A stretch of 61,112 nucleotides of DNA, counting the filler, from Globobulimina sp. (lineage: Eukaryota): the NCBI GenBank assembly GCA_003354225.1. It is 17 parts of 17 records of this genome, joined end to end, with 100 filler letters (N's around TTAATTAATTAA, not from the genome) between each part and the next. Parts side by side here need not be neighbours in the genome. Positions count along the whole stretch, not along the records: positions 10,810 to 14,311 come from PIVH01002648.1; positions 14,412 to 17,913 come from PIVH01002649.1; positions 18,014 to 21,515 come from PIVH01002650.1; positions 21,616 to 25,117 come from PIVH01002651.1; 13 more parts are not named here. One strand, 5' to 3'. The translations under genes and the position numbers were made by a program. Shown in pieces: positions 10,810 through 21,668 of the stretch (position 1 is its first letter; every line of letters starts with the position of its first letter). The notes beneath the pieces were generated by a model that ran no database searches, was not told where the DNA came from, and was given only the letters and a program-made list of their open reading frames with translations.

Positions 10810-12985
10810 AAGCTCTCGATCCATTATTTGTGACTCTGCCCAACGACCGCATCTCCACATAGCCAGAGATTAACTTTTCAGCTGCTTCATCACTTATTTT
10901 TGGTTGAATATGTCGTCGCGAATACGATATATATTGCATTAATTCAGTTTGGTTTAACGTGATATTAATACGACCCGCTTCTGCATCGGCTGCTCTTTCC
11001 TTTTCTAGATCCTCTTCGCCATAATACAATGAAACAATATGTTTTGCTAATTTACGGTCTAAATTTTCTTGCGGCCGGTCGAGCACTAAATAAATTAAAT
11101 CAAATCGCGACATTAAAGTGGGCGGTAAGTCAATATTCTCCACCACAGATTTGGTCGGATTGTAACGAGACTCGATAGGGTTTGCCGCCGCTAATACCGA
11201 GGTTCGCGCATTTAAGGTACAAATGATTCCCGCTTTTGCGATGGAAACAGTTTGCTGTTCCATCACTTCGTGTAAGATGGACCGGGCCGATTCGCTCATT
11301 TTGTCAAATTCGTCAATGCAACAAATACCGCGGTCTGATAACACCAAAGCACCACTTTCCAACACTAAATCTCCAGAGTCTGGGTCTTTGGTAATATACG
11401 CAGTCAAACCAACGGCTGACGAACCTTTGCCGGACGTGTAAATCCCACGCGGTGCCACTTTATATACATATTGCAACATTTGCGATTTTGAGGTACCGGG
11501 ATCACCGATCAACAAAATGTTGATCTGATCTCTGAATTTCTTCTTCCTCCCACCATCCTGCACTCCGACACCACCAAACTCTTTCTTTGTTGCACCAAAT
11601 AATTGACATAAAATGCCTTTTTTAATATCATTCATCTCATAAATAGACGGTGCCAACGAAGAGGTCAAAATTTCATAAATATCGTCATTGTCGGCCAACT
11701 CTCGAATTTTATTGATTCGATCTTGCCGAAACAAGTCAGATTCATCCTTTTCATCAAATTTATTGAACATATCAATATCATCCTTTTCTTCCTTATTTTT
11801 AGTACTCTCAGCATCTTCCACTTGGAATTGAGTCGACGACGATTTCTTTATATGGACGCAATCGATATATGTCTTATAAACGGATTCGATTAAACTCGAT
11901 TTAATTTTGACTGGACAGGCTCGATAAACGCCAGTTACTTCGATTCGATCGCCAGGTTTACAAAAATCCACTAACTGGTCATACACAAAAATGTCAATGG
12001 TTTGCGGCGTATCGCCATCGGGAATCGATTCAGGCGCTTCTTGCAATTTTATTAACTGTTTATCTTTAAAGGCGCAGCGATTATGAATTAATTGGAAAGT
12101 GTTGACCGATTGACATGAGATATTGCGACATTTGCTTGGTTCGGCGATGCGACCCATATCAATGGGGATATCGAGCTCAAAATTGCACAAAGTACAACGG
12201 AAAAATGCAGATTGAATGTCGGGGATGATCGACGTGGATCGGATTACCATGCCACGAATGGAAATTAACTCATCGATGTTGATTGGGTTCATATTGCGCA
12301 TGGATTTGATGTCTTTGTTTAATAAATTAAAGGGCCTCACCCATATATCTCCGCCTTCTAAATTATTTTGTGTAGCGTACGCATTTACCACTTCGTCGAA
12401 AGAGGGGAGCACTTCTTGAGGGAATGCGATTAATTGTTTATATAATTCCGAATCATAAGAATATAAATTAGAACAATTTAGGTTCAGATTATAGGATTCC
12501 GTATCAATGGCAGTCTCAATCAAATCTGGGTATAATAAGCGATCATTGCCCTCATTGTCTGTCATTGAAAAATTGGATATAAAGTCACGAAAACGACGAT
12601 GTACGTCATCTAAGTTGACATTTGTGCCCCAAATGGTGGTCACCAAATCTCCATTGACGCCGGTTTCAGAGGAGGCTCTGTCTTGGTTTTGGTTTGGTTG
12701 TGGTTGTCTTCTACGTGCATTGTCCTGATGATGTGTGGGAATTCTATCAATTTGCTGGTATTGTTGGGATGGGCGACTAGAGCGGATCCCTGAGCGTGCA
12801 GTGCGGGGCGAACCCATCATAGAGGATCGATGTGACGAGGCCACAGATGCGCGGCCGGATAAATCATCGATGGGTGAATCAATATCGATATTCCCATCAC
12901 CAATCGGAGAATCCAGATCCATGTCCATGTCCATGTCATCTGCTGCTGGCGGGGAACTTGTCCGTGGAGGTGGTGACGATGTCAT
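10810..12985 (-). CDS. MCM4: Replication licensing factor MCM4 (3' partial)
   Basis: SP-rich N-terminus, IWGTNV, zinc finger, KLQEAPESIPDGDTP, Walker A GDPGTSKSQ, IDEFDKM, SRFD arginine finger. Confidence 0.96.
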
Positions 12986-13416
12986 TCTGAGATACTGCAG
13001 GATAAATGTATTCCGTCACCCAACAAGGTAAAAGCAGGATGATTTGTGATTTTGTAGTTGATAAATGTAAAAAAAAAACCTTTTAAAAAAATTCCCTAAC
13101 TCTTTGACACAAACAAAAATTAGAACACAAATTGAACAAAAGAAAGTTTAATTACAAACTGCTAGAAGTGGCCCAGAACAAAGTATAACATATATGGCAG
13201 AAACAATTCGTCGATCAGTGTGCTAAAGGAATAAACCAGATTAATATCCGAATTTCAGATCAATCTACTTCATTATTCATCAATTTGATTCCCGCAAAAA
13301 CAAATTGATTTCCCGCTGCTTCTGCTAATTATCGATTGTCATGGTTCGACATTCAATGGTTATTGTATTACAATTGAATATAATTCAATTAATTATTTCT
13401 GTAAAATTGAATGGTG

Positions 13417-13560
13417 AATCTGATACAGAATGGACACGTATCACCAAAAATATACAAATATTACATATTGCGCATTTACAAAATTAATATTTGATTATAT
13501 TATGGTATGGAATAAAACATATACAAAATCTGATACAAAATGGACACATATCACCAAACA
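13417..13560. repeat. ~32-bp direct repeat, two copies 110 bp apart
   Basis: AATCTGATACAGAATGGACACGTATCACCAAA at 13417 and AATCTGATACAAAATGGACACATATCACCAAA at 13527. Confidence 0.7.
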
Positions 13561-13839
13561 TAAACAAATAATTCCATACCATCATATATATACAAATTAT
13601 TAATTATTTTTTGATCACTTTGCTGCTTCATTTCCTTTAGTTCTTTTCGAAAAGGTAATGTTTTTACGAAACAGTCATATTCTAAACAATGTGAAACAGT
13701 ACGTTTGGAATTGTCAGATATTTTACAAGGGACAGAATATTTCAGACCACAAATGTTAGTCAAACCAGGAAAACGTTTTTTTATTTTAAAATTAACATCG
13801 CCGCACAATTACAAAATTAACTGTTTACAAAAACAAAAA

Positions 13840-14311
13840 ATGAACTCGTTGATGAATGTAGGAACAAGTAACTCATTGACAAACAATAATGTACATAATT
13901 CGTTACACACACCAAACGATCCTGATTGGTTACGATTTACAACATTTGTATTATACATGATATCATCATCATTGATAATAATGTCCATCCGTAAAATCTA
14001 CATTGATCGATGGCAATTCTTTATGATATTACGCTCCCCATTACTCACAATATTTTTTATATTTATATTTTTGTTCTATAACATATTTAACTTAATTCGC
14101 TATAGTTTTCCTATTTTAATATCACTTTCAACGGAATACATATTGTTTCTCACATTAAGCACTTTGCGAATTAGCATCATATCATATACATTATACATAT
14201 TATTCTTTGCCATATTACAGCAATACACCTTGCTGCACCGCCTCAATTTAAACAACAATATTCAAAGTTTATTATCCCAATTAATCATCGCAGCAACATC
14301 ATCGCAAATAA
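13840..14311 (+). CDS. Multi-pass membrane protein (3' partial)
   Basis: ORF with at least three hydrophobic helices; start uncertain. Confidence 0.55.
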
Positions 14312-14411
14312 NNNNNNNNNNNNNNNNNNNNNNNNNNNNNNNNNNNNNNNNNNNNTTAATTAATTAANNNNNNNNNNNNNNNNNNNNNNNNNNNNNNNNN
14401 NNNNNNNNNNN

Positions 14412-14643
14412 AAAGGGGAAAAAGAAATTTTCACAAAGATGTAGAGAATTAAGAAGTGTATTTGTTACTGTTTGTGGTGTGTTCAGTGATAATGTCGCAA
14501 ATATTAAATATTATGAAAAATGCGAAAAATTACAAAATGCAGTGGATGATAAATTATTTTTATTCAGTTGTGAAGGAACACGTCCTCTTCAATTGTTTAA
14601 TGGATTTGATGTGAATGATATTTGTGTGGTGCAAAAGTTTTGA
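14412..14643 (+). CDS. C-terminal fragment of an unknown protein
   Basis: Open frame from the contig edge, KGKKKFSQRCREL...DICVVQKF*, followed by T-rich 3'-UTR-like DNA. Confidence 0.45.
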
Positions 14644-14849
14644 TTGTTTGTTTATGCGTAATTATGATATTTGTTTTTATTGTGGGTTTATTTTATTCTT
14701 ATTTATTTAACATTTCTTTTTTCAAAGAATCACAGCTAGCTTCTACAGAAATGCTACACAATTACAGCTGTATCTTAATATCTTAATACTAGTCCGCCAC
14801 TATTAAAGTTTTACTTAGAAAAAACAATTAAACTATTTGACGATTTGTG

Positions 14850-15677
14850 ATGGCTAGCTCTTCTGGAATCCAGCACAAAAAAATTAATTTTTCAAGAAAC
14901 AGATCCGATTATTATTGGATCGCTGCTTTTTATGTTGTTCTCTATGCTTTTGGACAATATTTTTTTCCTCAAAACACAGAACCAGAGCATGCAAAATCTA
15001 TATATAATCTCATTAATTTCATTGGACTCTCAAATGAAAAAATGGTTTATGCAATGTATTGCATGATTTCCTGTTTTGCCTTATCAGCATTAACAGCAGC
15101 AATGTGGCAAGTTATTAAATATTTTGATCCAAACATATGTATGAAATATTTTAATGCGCAAATGAAAGCAATCTCTGTTAATATGGTTTTATTAGCAATG
15201 ATGGAAACTATGTGGACATATATCACAATAAACGGATATACCAAGATAACAATGGAGAGAATGGAGATTTATCATATATTTTTCGATGCATTAGGTTGGA
15301 TGTTAGGCTTTGAATTGACGTGGTATACACAACACCGATTGATGCACGACAGCAAAATATTATGGAGATACGGCCATCAATATCATCATTCATGGAACAG
15401 AAAAGAACATATGATCGGGATTACTAATTTTGCATTTGATCATGTGGTGGAAATCTGGGTAACAATGTCTTCTTCCTTTGTTCCTGTGTTTATATTTCCA
15501 ATTAATTTTTATGTAAAAACAGTGGTGTCTTTGATTTATATGTTAGTTGCAATATTAGTGCATTGGGATGCATTTCCTTATAAATATCATTTAAATCATC
15601 ATTATAAAGTGGTTAAAAATTATGGATCACATTTTCCAATCTTTGATATGTTTTTTGGAACATATTATGCTGGATAA
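14850..15677 (+). CDS. Fatty-acid hydroxylase / sterol desaturase family protein
   Basis: His boxes HRLMH, HQYHH and HLNHH, plus NYG..IFDMFFGT and TM helices. Confidence 0.9.
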   Translation: MASSSGIQHKKINFSRNRSDYYWIAAFYVVLYAFGQYFFPQNTEPEHAKSIYNLINFIGLSNEKMVYAMYCMISCFALSALTAAMWQVIKYFDPNICMKYFNAQMKAISVNMVLLAMMETMWTYITINGYTKITMERMEIYHIFFDALGWMLGFELTWYTQHRLMHDSKILWRYGHQYHHSWNRKEHMIGITNFAFDHVVEIWVTMSSSFVPVFIFPINFYVKTVVSLIYMLVAILVHWDAFPYKYHLNHHYKVVKNYGSHFPIFDMFFGTYYAG

Positions 15678-15856
15678 ATGAAAATGGACTGCTGTTTTTT
15701 AACTACAGTGTAGATATTAATTTTTGTTTAGTTTAGTTTGTTAGATCCCTGATTTGAGAGAAAAGTGTTAGTGAGCTAGTCATCGATCAGAAAATCCTTT
15801 TTCAAATCAGAATATTTCGATCGAATTTCAAAATAAATGGAATATTAAGAAGTTGT

Positions 15857-17868
15857 TTATGACTCAAATTCTCTCCCAGAACTAACATATCTTATTGAAG
15901 CAACATGATTGTCACAAACATCGATCCCAATGGATGGATATCCGAATTTAGCAAAACATCTTTTTAACATTTTCTTATAAGACATTGGCATTTGATAATT
16001 GATTCTCACTGCGAGTGCTTTTGCAAATGGTGGATATTGTTTTAAATTATTGATAAAATACTTTTCAAATTTAATATGTCGAAATACTTTAAATCTTCGA
16101 ATATAATCTGTTCCTGTTTGTATGCCCCATTTCAGAAACTTATTTATAAAATTTGATCTTGATTTTACTGTCCTATCACCAAAACCTATCATTAAGTCAT
16201 GATTAAACCATGTTTTATAATTTTTTATTGTGTGTTTAAGCGATTTCTTATCAATCGTCCATATATTAATCTGTATTTTATCTATAAATTTCTGCGCCAA
16301 TTTAACCAGTCTCCAAAAATAAAATTCTGCAGTTTCCTCATTAATGATTGCCAATGATGGACATCTGATTATTTTATTATTCAGATCATTTATTCCAATC
16401 TTATTACACATATTTGTCCGATTATGATCATATTGTTTAAGTATTTTACATTCCCAGTTATAATCAATAACATCTTTATTCTCATTATTCGTTAATATTT
16501 GATATAAATTAATATGCATTGAATTAATGGTAAAATCATAAAATTCCATATGTGTTGGAAACGGAAATAATGGTAAAGATATACCTACATTTTCAATATT
16601 ATACGCATCGATCTGTGAGACAATATTTTTGATTTTATTATCTGCGCCACGTAATTCGCCAAATCTTTTGAACATTTTGTATCTCGCATCAGAATTACCG
16701 GTTTGATCAACAATGTCAAATTCAACATTATCAAAATGTAATCCATCATAGGACACATCCTTCAAAGTAACCAACCAATGAAGACCAAAGTATTTCGGTT
16801 CGATCTGAAAGTTTTATACAAATAACATTTGTATAATCAAGAATTTTGATCCTGTACATATATAATATGTGTTATATCTGTACAGGATCGAGCTTCTTGA
16901 TTTTAATATATATGTATACCTTAAACAAATGACTTAAATGTTTACGTTTTGACAATATATTGATAATAAATTTTGCATTTAATAAATAGTTACATGTTAC
17001 AATATGGTGTTCGTACTTTAATATTTTATCTACATCAACATCACCGGTCGGATATGCTGGAATATGGTTCACCTTATTTTCATTTTTAGCGTCATATTTA
17101 TTCAAATAATGTCTCCAAAATACACATTTACTGTCTGTTTGTGATGAATGATTGGAATGATATTTAGTTAAATGCTGCAAGTATTTTCTTGATAATTCAT
17201 AAATATTTACAACAATATCAATATCTCGGATTGTTCGCAATAAATAACTGTCTCGCAATGCTCCACCACGGACATATACATAATTTAAGATATTAAAATC
17301 ATTATTATTTGAAAACTCACATTTATTTGTTTCGGCGTTTACATATTCATCGATAATGGAAGCAAGCAAATGTGTACCGGCCATACATTCCAGTGAATGA
17401 CGGCTAATCTTCCATACATATTTGCGTATAATTTCTTGTACACTGCTTCCAATTTGGATTGTATGCAATGTATAAATATGACGTACATAGCCTGAAAGTA
17501 ATAATATTAATTTTTCACTGTTCTCCAGACGAGCTTTTTTATATCGAATATTAGGTTTGTGTTTGGTACTCTTTTTTAAATCTTTATGTAAAAACGTTAA
17601 ATTGTGATAACTCATTGGATGTAGCCAATAATCAGTGGTCGGGTATGGTGCCCATGGCACATAATGCCGCATATTTCCATTGTGTTTGGTTTTGTTTCCT
17701 TTTTTGGTTTTCTCTTTTCTGTAATAATTCCCTACGTCTCTTCCATTTGAAAATCTCCAACGAATTTTCTTGTTTCTGTAATAATTCCCTATGTCTCTTT
17801 TATTTGAAAATTTCCAACGAACTTGTTGATTCTCCCATTTGTTCTTTTGAGGGTAACGCAGTACACAA
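15857..17868 (-). CDS. Divergent class-II nucleotidyltransferase (CCA-adding / bacterial poly(A) polymerase head domain)
   Basis: VRGGALRD..RDIDIVV catalytic DxD, YDFTINSM and GINDLNNKIIR. Intron 16805-16919. Two 19-aa repeats near the N-terminus. Start uncertain. Confidence 0.75.
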
Positions 17869-18044
17869 TGCATTTAGTATGAGAAAAAAATGAAAGGAAA
17901 TGAGAAGAAAATGNNNNNNNNNNNNNNNNNNNNNNNNNNNNNNNNNNNNNNNNNNNNTTAATTAATTAANNNNNNNNNNNNNNNNNNNNNNNNNNNNNNN
18001 NNNNNNNNNNNNNTTCCTTTCAACTACAAAGTTAAATGTTTATT

Positions 18045-18722
18045 TTAAATTGTATTTATTAATAATTTCACGCATTCCCAATATCATGACATCGCCTTTC
18101 AAATCATCGAATAACTTTAATTGTGATACCATTTCGCTCTTTGACTTTTTATTTTCTTTTTTCAATGTCTCTCCGTTCGTACAATTTATTCGATAAAGTA
18201 TTAATTTCATCATCGGATAACTTTTTTTGTTTTTGATGCTCTTTCCGTAATATATTTATTTCATTTTCATGATCTGCATTTATTTTTTCTATATATTTTG
18301 TAAGTGATATTTTATCACTTTCTAACTCTTTCTTTCTTTGTTCCAATGCAGCGAACTCCTCCTCATTTTCCAGATCAATTTTCATTTGATACTCATACTC
18401 ATTTTGCGTGATTTCATTGACTGCTTTATTTATAATTTCAAGATTCGTTTTCCTTTTTTTTTTTGGTGGAAAACGATTTGCAAAGAACGAATTACTATCA
18501 TTTCTCTGTCGTTTATTATAATTATTAGTGATACCACCTTCTGACTCACTACTTTCTGATGACGCTTGGGGTGTTTGTTGGGTTTGGGAATTTTCGGAAT
18601 AATTTGGCGAGGGCGAGAAAGTTGGTGATGTAACTCTGTCAGGTGTAGAACGCCCAGATGTGCCTGCTTCAAGCTCAGGGATGTTTGTTATTGTGAGTTT
18701 ATGATCATATTCGATTTCGCTC
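18045..18722 (-). pseudogene. Exon of an NLS + coiled-coil protein with a frameshift near 18170
   Basis: Open frame 18722-18149 with an S/T/P-rich region, PPKKKRK and a coiled coil. Protein-like sequence continues in another frame (TLKKENKKSKSEMVSQLKLF...). No upstream ATG is visible. Confidence 0.5.
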
Positions 18723-18743
18723 TATCCAACATCAAAAAACTTT

Positions 18744-19805
18744 ATGCAATGGTGCAGTGAGTTGGCAGACAAAAGACCAGTAAATGATGACAATTACTTA
18801 GTACTTGCGATTGTATTGCCAGCAATAACATTAGCACAAATAATATGGTTTATAAATCAGATGTGTTGTCATTACAAACAACTAAACAACATTCCAAAAC
18901 ACCTATTTGTACTGTTTTTTCTTCTTCACATAATAGGACTATTGTATACTGTCCATGACATTACAAAAAGACTCATATTGGTCCAAATATATCCTGCATT
19001 TATATTCAATGACATTGCATGCTTAGTAACAGCATATGTCGCTAAATTATTGCCTTTCATATACGAGGCTCTATTATTAACACAAATCTTTTTAAGATTA
19101 ACAGGAACATTCAATAAAGGCATATTAAAAATGAGTCGAATTCATAAAATATCATTGCTACTATTCTTGATCGTGCCTTTTATATTATTCTTTGTATTAT
19201 TTTTTGTATTTTTAGAGAAGCCATGTTATACAGAATGGATATCACAGTTTGATATCAATGGCAATGGAATATTCTTTCTTTGCACTGCACACAGATCACA
19301 GAAATCGTCGTTAACTGCATTTTTGGGCATTGCATGGGTGGCTTCGGCAAATCTATTGTTTGGCATTATATTTAGTTATAAACTCCATCGTTTATGTTCC
19401 AACAATAATGACAATGAAAAAGCTGTGAGACACATAATGATTAAAAATACTATTTTAACCCTAGCAATCTCGTTATCCACCTTATTAATCTGGTCATTGG
19501 TTCTCATGAGAATTGGAGTTTGGTTGTTATATTTTGATTGTTTTTTTAATGTATTCTTCATTGGATTAATGTTTAAATTCAATGATAAATTGTATATGAA
19601 AATATTTCGCATTCCGCATAATTATTTACAAAAAAATTTACAGAATGTAAGATGTGAAGAAAATAAAGCAAACCCAATTCCAGAAGTAAGTAAAACAGCA
19701 TATTATGATAAAGGTACTCCCGGCACCGGTGCCGGTACAGAAGACAATAGCAACTCATCAACGGTGGAATTATGCAATTCACGCATTGTATTTATTGCAA
19801 AATAA
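18744..19805 (+). CDS. 7-TM GPCR-like protein
   Basis: Seven hydrophobic segments, Cys at the top of TM3 and in extracellular loop 2; intronless. Confidence 0.75.
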   Translation: MQWCSELADKRPVNDDNYLVLAIVLPAITLAQIIWFINQMCCHYKQLNNIPKHLFVLFFLLHIIGLLYTVHDITKRLILVQIYPAFIFNDIACLVTAYVAKLLPFIYEALLLTQIFLRLTGTFNKGILKMSRIHKISLLLFLIVPFILFFVLFFVFLEKPCYTEWISQFDINGNGIFFLCTAHRSQKSSLTAFLGIAWVASANLLFGIIFSYKLHRLCSNNNDNEKAVRHIMIKNTILTLAISLSTLLIWSLVLMRIGVWLLYFDCFFNVFFIGLMFKFNDKLYMKIFRIPHNYLQKNLQNVRCEENKANPIPEVSKTAYYDKGTPGTGAGTEDNSNSSTVELCNSRIVFIAK

Positions 19806-20309
19806 TCATAATAGTAACCTATTTTAGCGTTATCAGTTTTTATTTTATATTATAAATTAATTGTTCCTCTCGTTTGTTTTATTTAATTTATTATAGTTCC
19901 TCTCGTATTTCTAAATTTTCAGATGCCACTCTGAATTTTAATTCTTCAAAATCTTTTTTAACAACAATCAAAAACAAATAAAACTAAACGGAGTTGGTAA
20001 AAGTGACTGAAAAGCTAAAAGAAAAAGTTTAGATAAGTCAATCTTATTACCATTTTCTGCAACTGAAGCATGTACATTTTAGTGCAATATTCACAGAATT
20101 TGTTAAGTATTAAAGCTTATTGCAAAATTACAACAGTTTAGCATATTAATTAAATATTATTGTAGAGTGAATTAGTGACTTTTCAATTCAGTTAAATGCA
20201 CATTGTCGAGCAACACAGAATACAAAACATCCAATTCAACCAAAAGAATCATCCTGTCAACATTCTAAAAATCCAACAATTACAAAATACAATTCAAAAT
20301 AACAAAAAA

Positions 20310-21515
20310 CTATTTAGCTTTTTGCCAGGTTTGCTGTCCTCTCCTCCGACGATATCCACTAACATGCGCATCATCGCCACCATAATATCTCCCTCGTCCT
20401 CTCCCCCTCCATCTCCCTCTTCTTCCTCTCCCTCTCCCTCTGCCTCGCCTACCGCGTCCATAACCACTCCTATACTCCTCCTCATCATATCTACTGTGCT
20501 CATCATAATATCTCCCCCGATAACCATCACTATGCTCATGCTCATAGTCATAGTCATAGTCCCTCCTACCACTCCTCTCCCGATCTGCATCCCTCTCAAT
20601 CCACGATCTCTTGCCATACTTTGCCACCTTGGCCAAGGCAATTCTTTTCCGTCTGCGCATCTCGCGGATTCTCTCTATCTTTTTCTCCTTCGCCCTCTCC
20701 TACTTCACCGCCGATGCACGATTGATTTTCTTCGAAGGTTGCCCTAAAAACAGGCATTCAAAAATCATCCAGAAACGATGCGATTTTGCGCCACAAACAC
20801 TTAACTTCTATGCCGTTTGGTAGCGACATGTTGCGCTAAAGGAGCGATTTCTTTTTCTTCCTTTTTCTCAGGAACTGGCTCAACAATTTTAGCTTTGGAG
20901 GAATACTTTTTAACCAACATTACATTCCTGCGAATACATTCTTGTTCCGCTATTTTGGCCTTGTTTTCCACCATTTTCTTTGCGTCGGACAGTGACTGTA
21001 CAAATTTTAAATAATCCGAGTCTTTTTCGATGGTATTTATGCGTCGATCGGTGGTGGAGATTTGTTTTGGCAGTGACTGATTGGGTGCGAATTCTACGCA
21101 GAGTTTGTAGCTTGGATTTGGTTTTGGTTTTATATATTTTGCCCAGACGTCTTCCTTTTTTTCAGTCTGTTCTGGTTCTGGTTTTTTGAAGGTTAGTTTT
21201 TGAAATTTATCAATGAATGGAATGGCGGCATCAAATGAGGTGAAATTAATGTAAAATCGGTTGTAATTGGTTTTGTTACGCCGTGTGGGGTTTGATATTT
21301 TGGGCTGGGAACAGAAATGAAACCAGTCGTATTTTTGAATGAATTCATCTAAATGTTGTTCGATTTCATTTTGGGTGACGAAGGTTGGGATTTTACGAAC
21401 TACGAATTTGGTTTTTTTTTGGATGGCGGTTTGACGCGATAATTCAAATGAATCTGAGGAGGTTTGCGAGGATTTGGTTGTGTCTGTGGCTGTGGCTGTT
21501 TGTATGGAGGGAGTT
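20310..21515 (-). CDS. UPF3: NMD factor UPF3 (5' partial; in-frame TAG at 20700-20702)
   Basis: Largely missed by the ORF track. Hand translation gives TKFVVRKIP..YDWFHF..RFYINF..VEFAPNQ..DRRINTIEKDSDYLKFVQSL (Smg4/UPF3 RRM). Intron 20744-20805, then an R/G/Y/D-rich tail. Confidence 0.85.
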
Positions 21516-21668
21516 NNNNNNNNNNNNNNNNNNNNNNNNNNNNNNNNNNNNNNNNNNNNTTAATTAATTAANNNNNNNNNNNNNNNNNNNNNNNNNNNNN
21601 NNNNNNNNNNNNNNNTTACGGATCTAAGAGAGAAAAAAAATCATATTAAACACATAGAAAAAATATGT

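Noticed and set aside
20700-20708. 9-nt micro-intron GTGAAGTAG removing the UPF3 stop
   Set aside because: Shorter than any spliceosomal intron I know of; other introns in this window are about 55 nt or longer.
20196-20823. Overlapping plus-strand and alternate-frame ORFs
   Set aside because: Shadows of the low-complexity RG/YD tail of UPF3.
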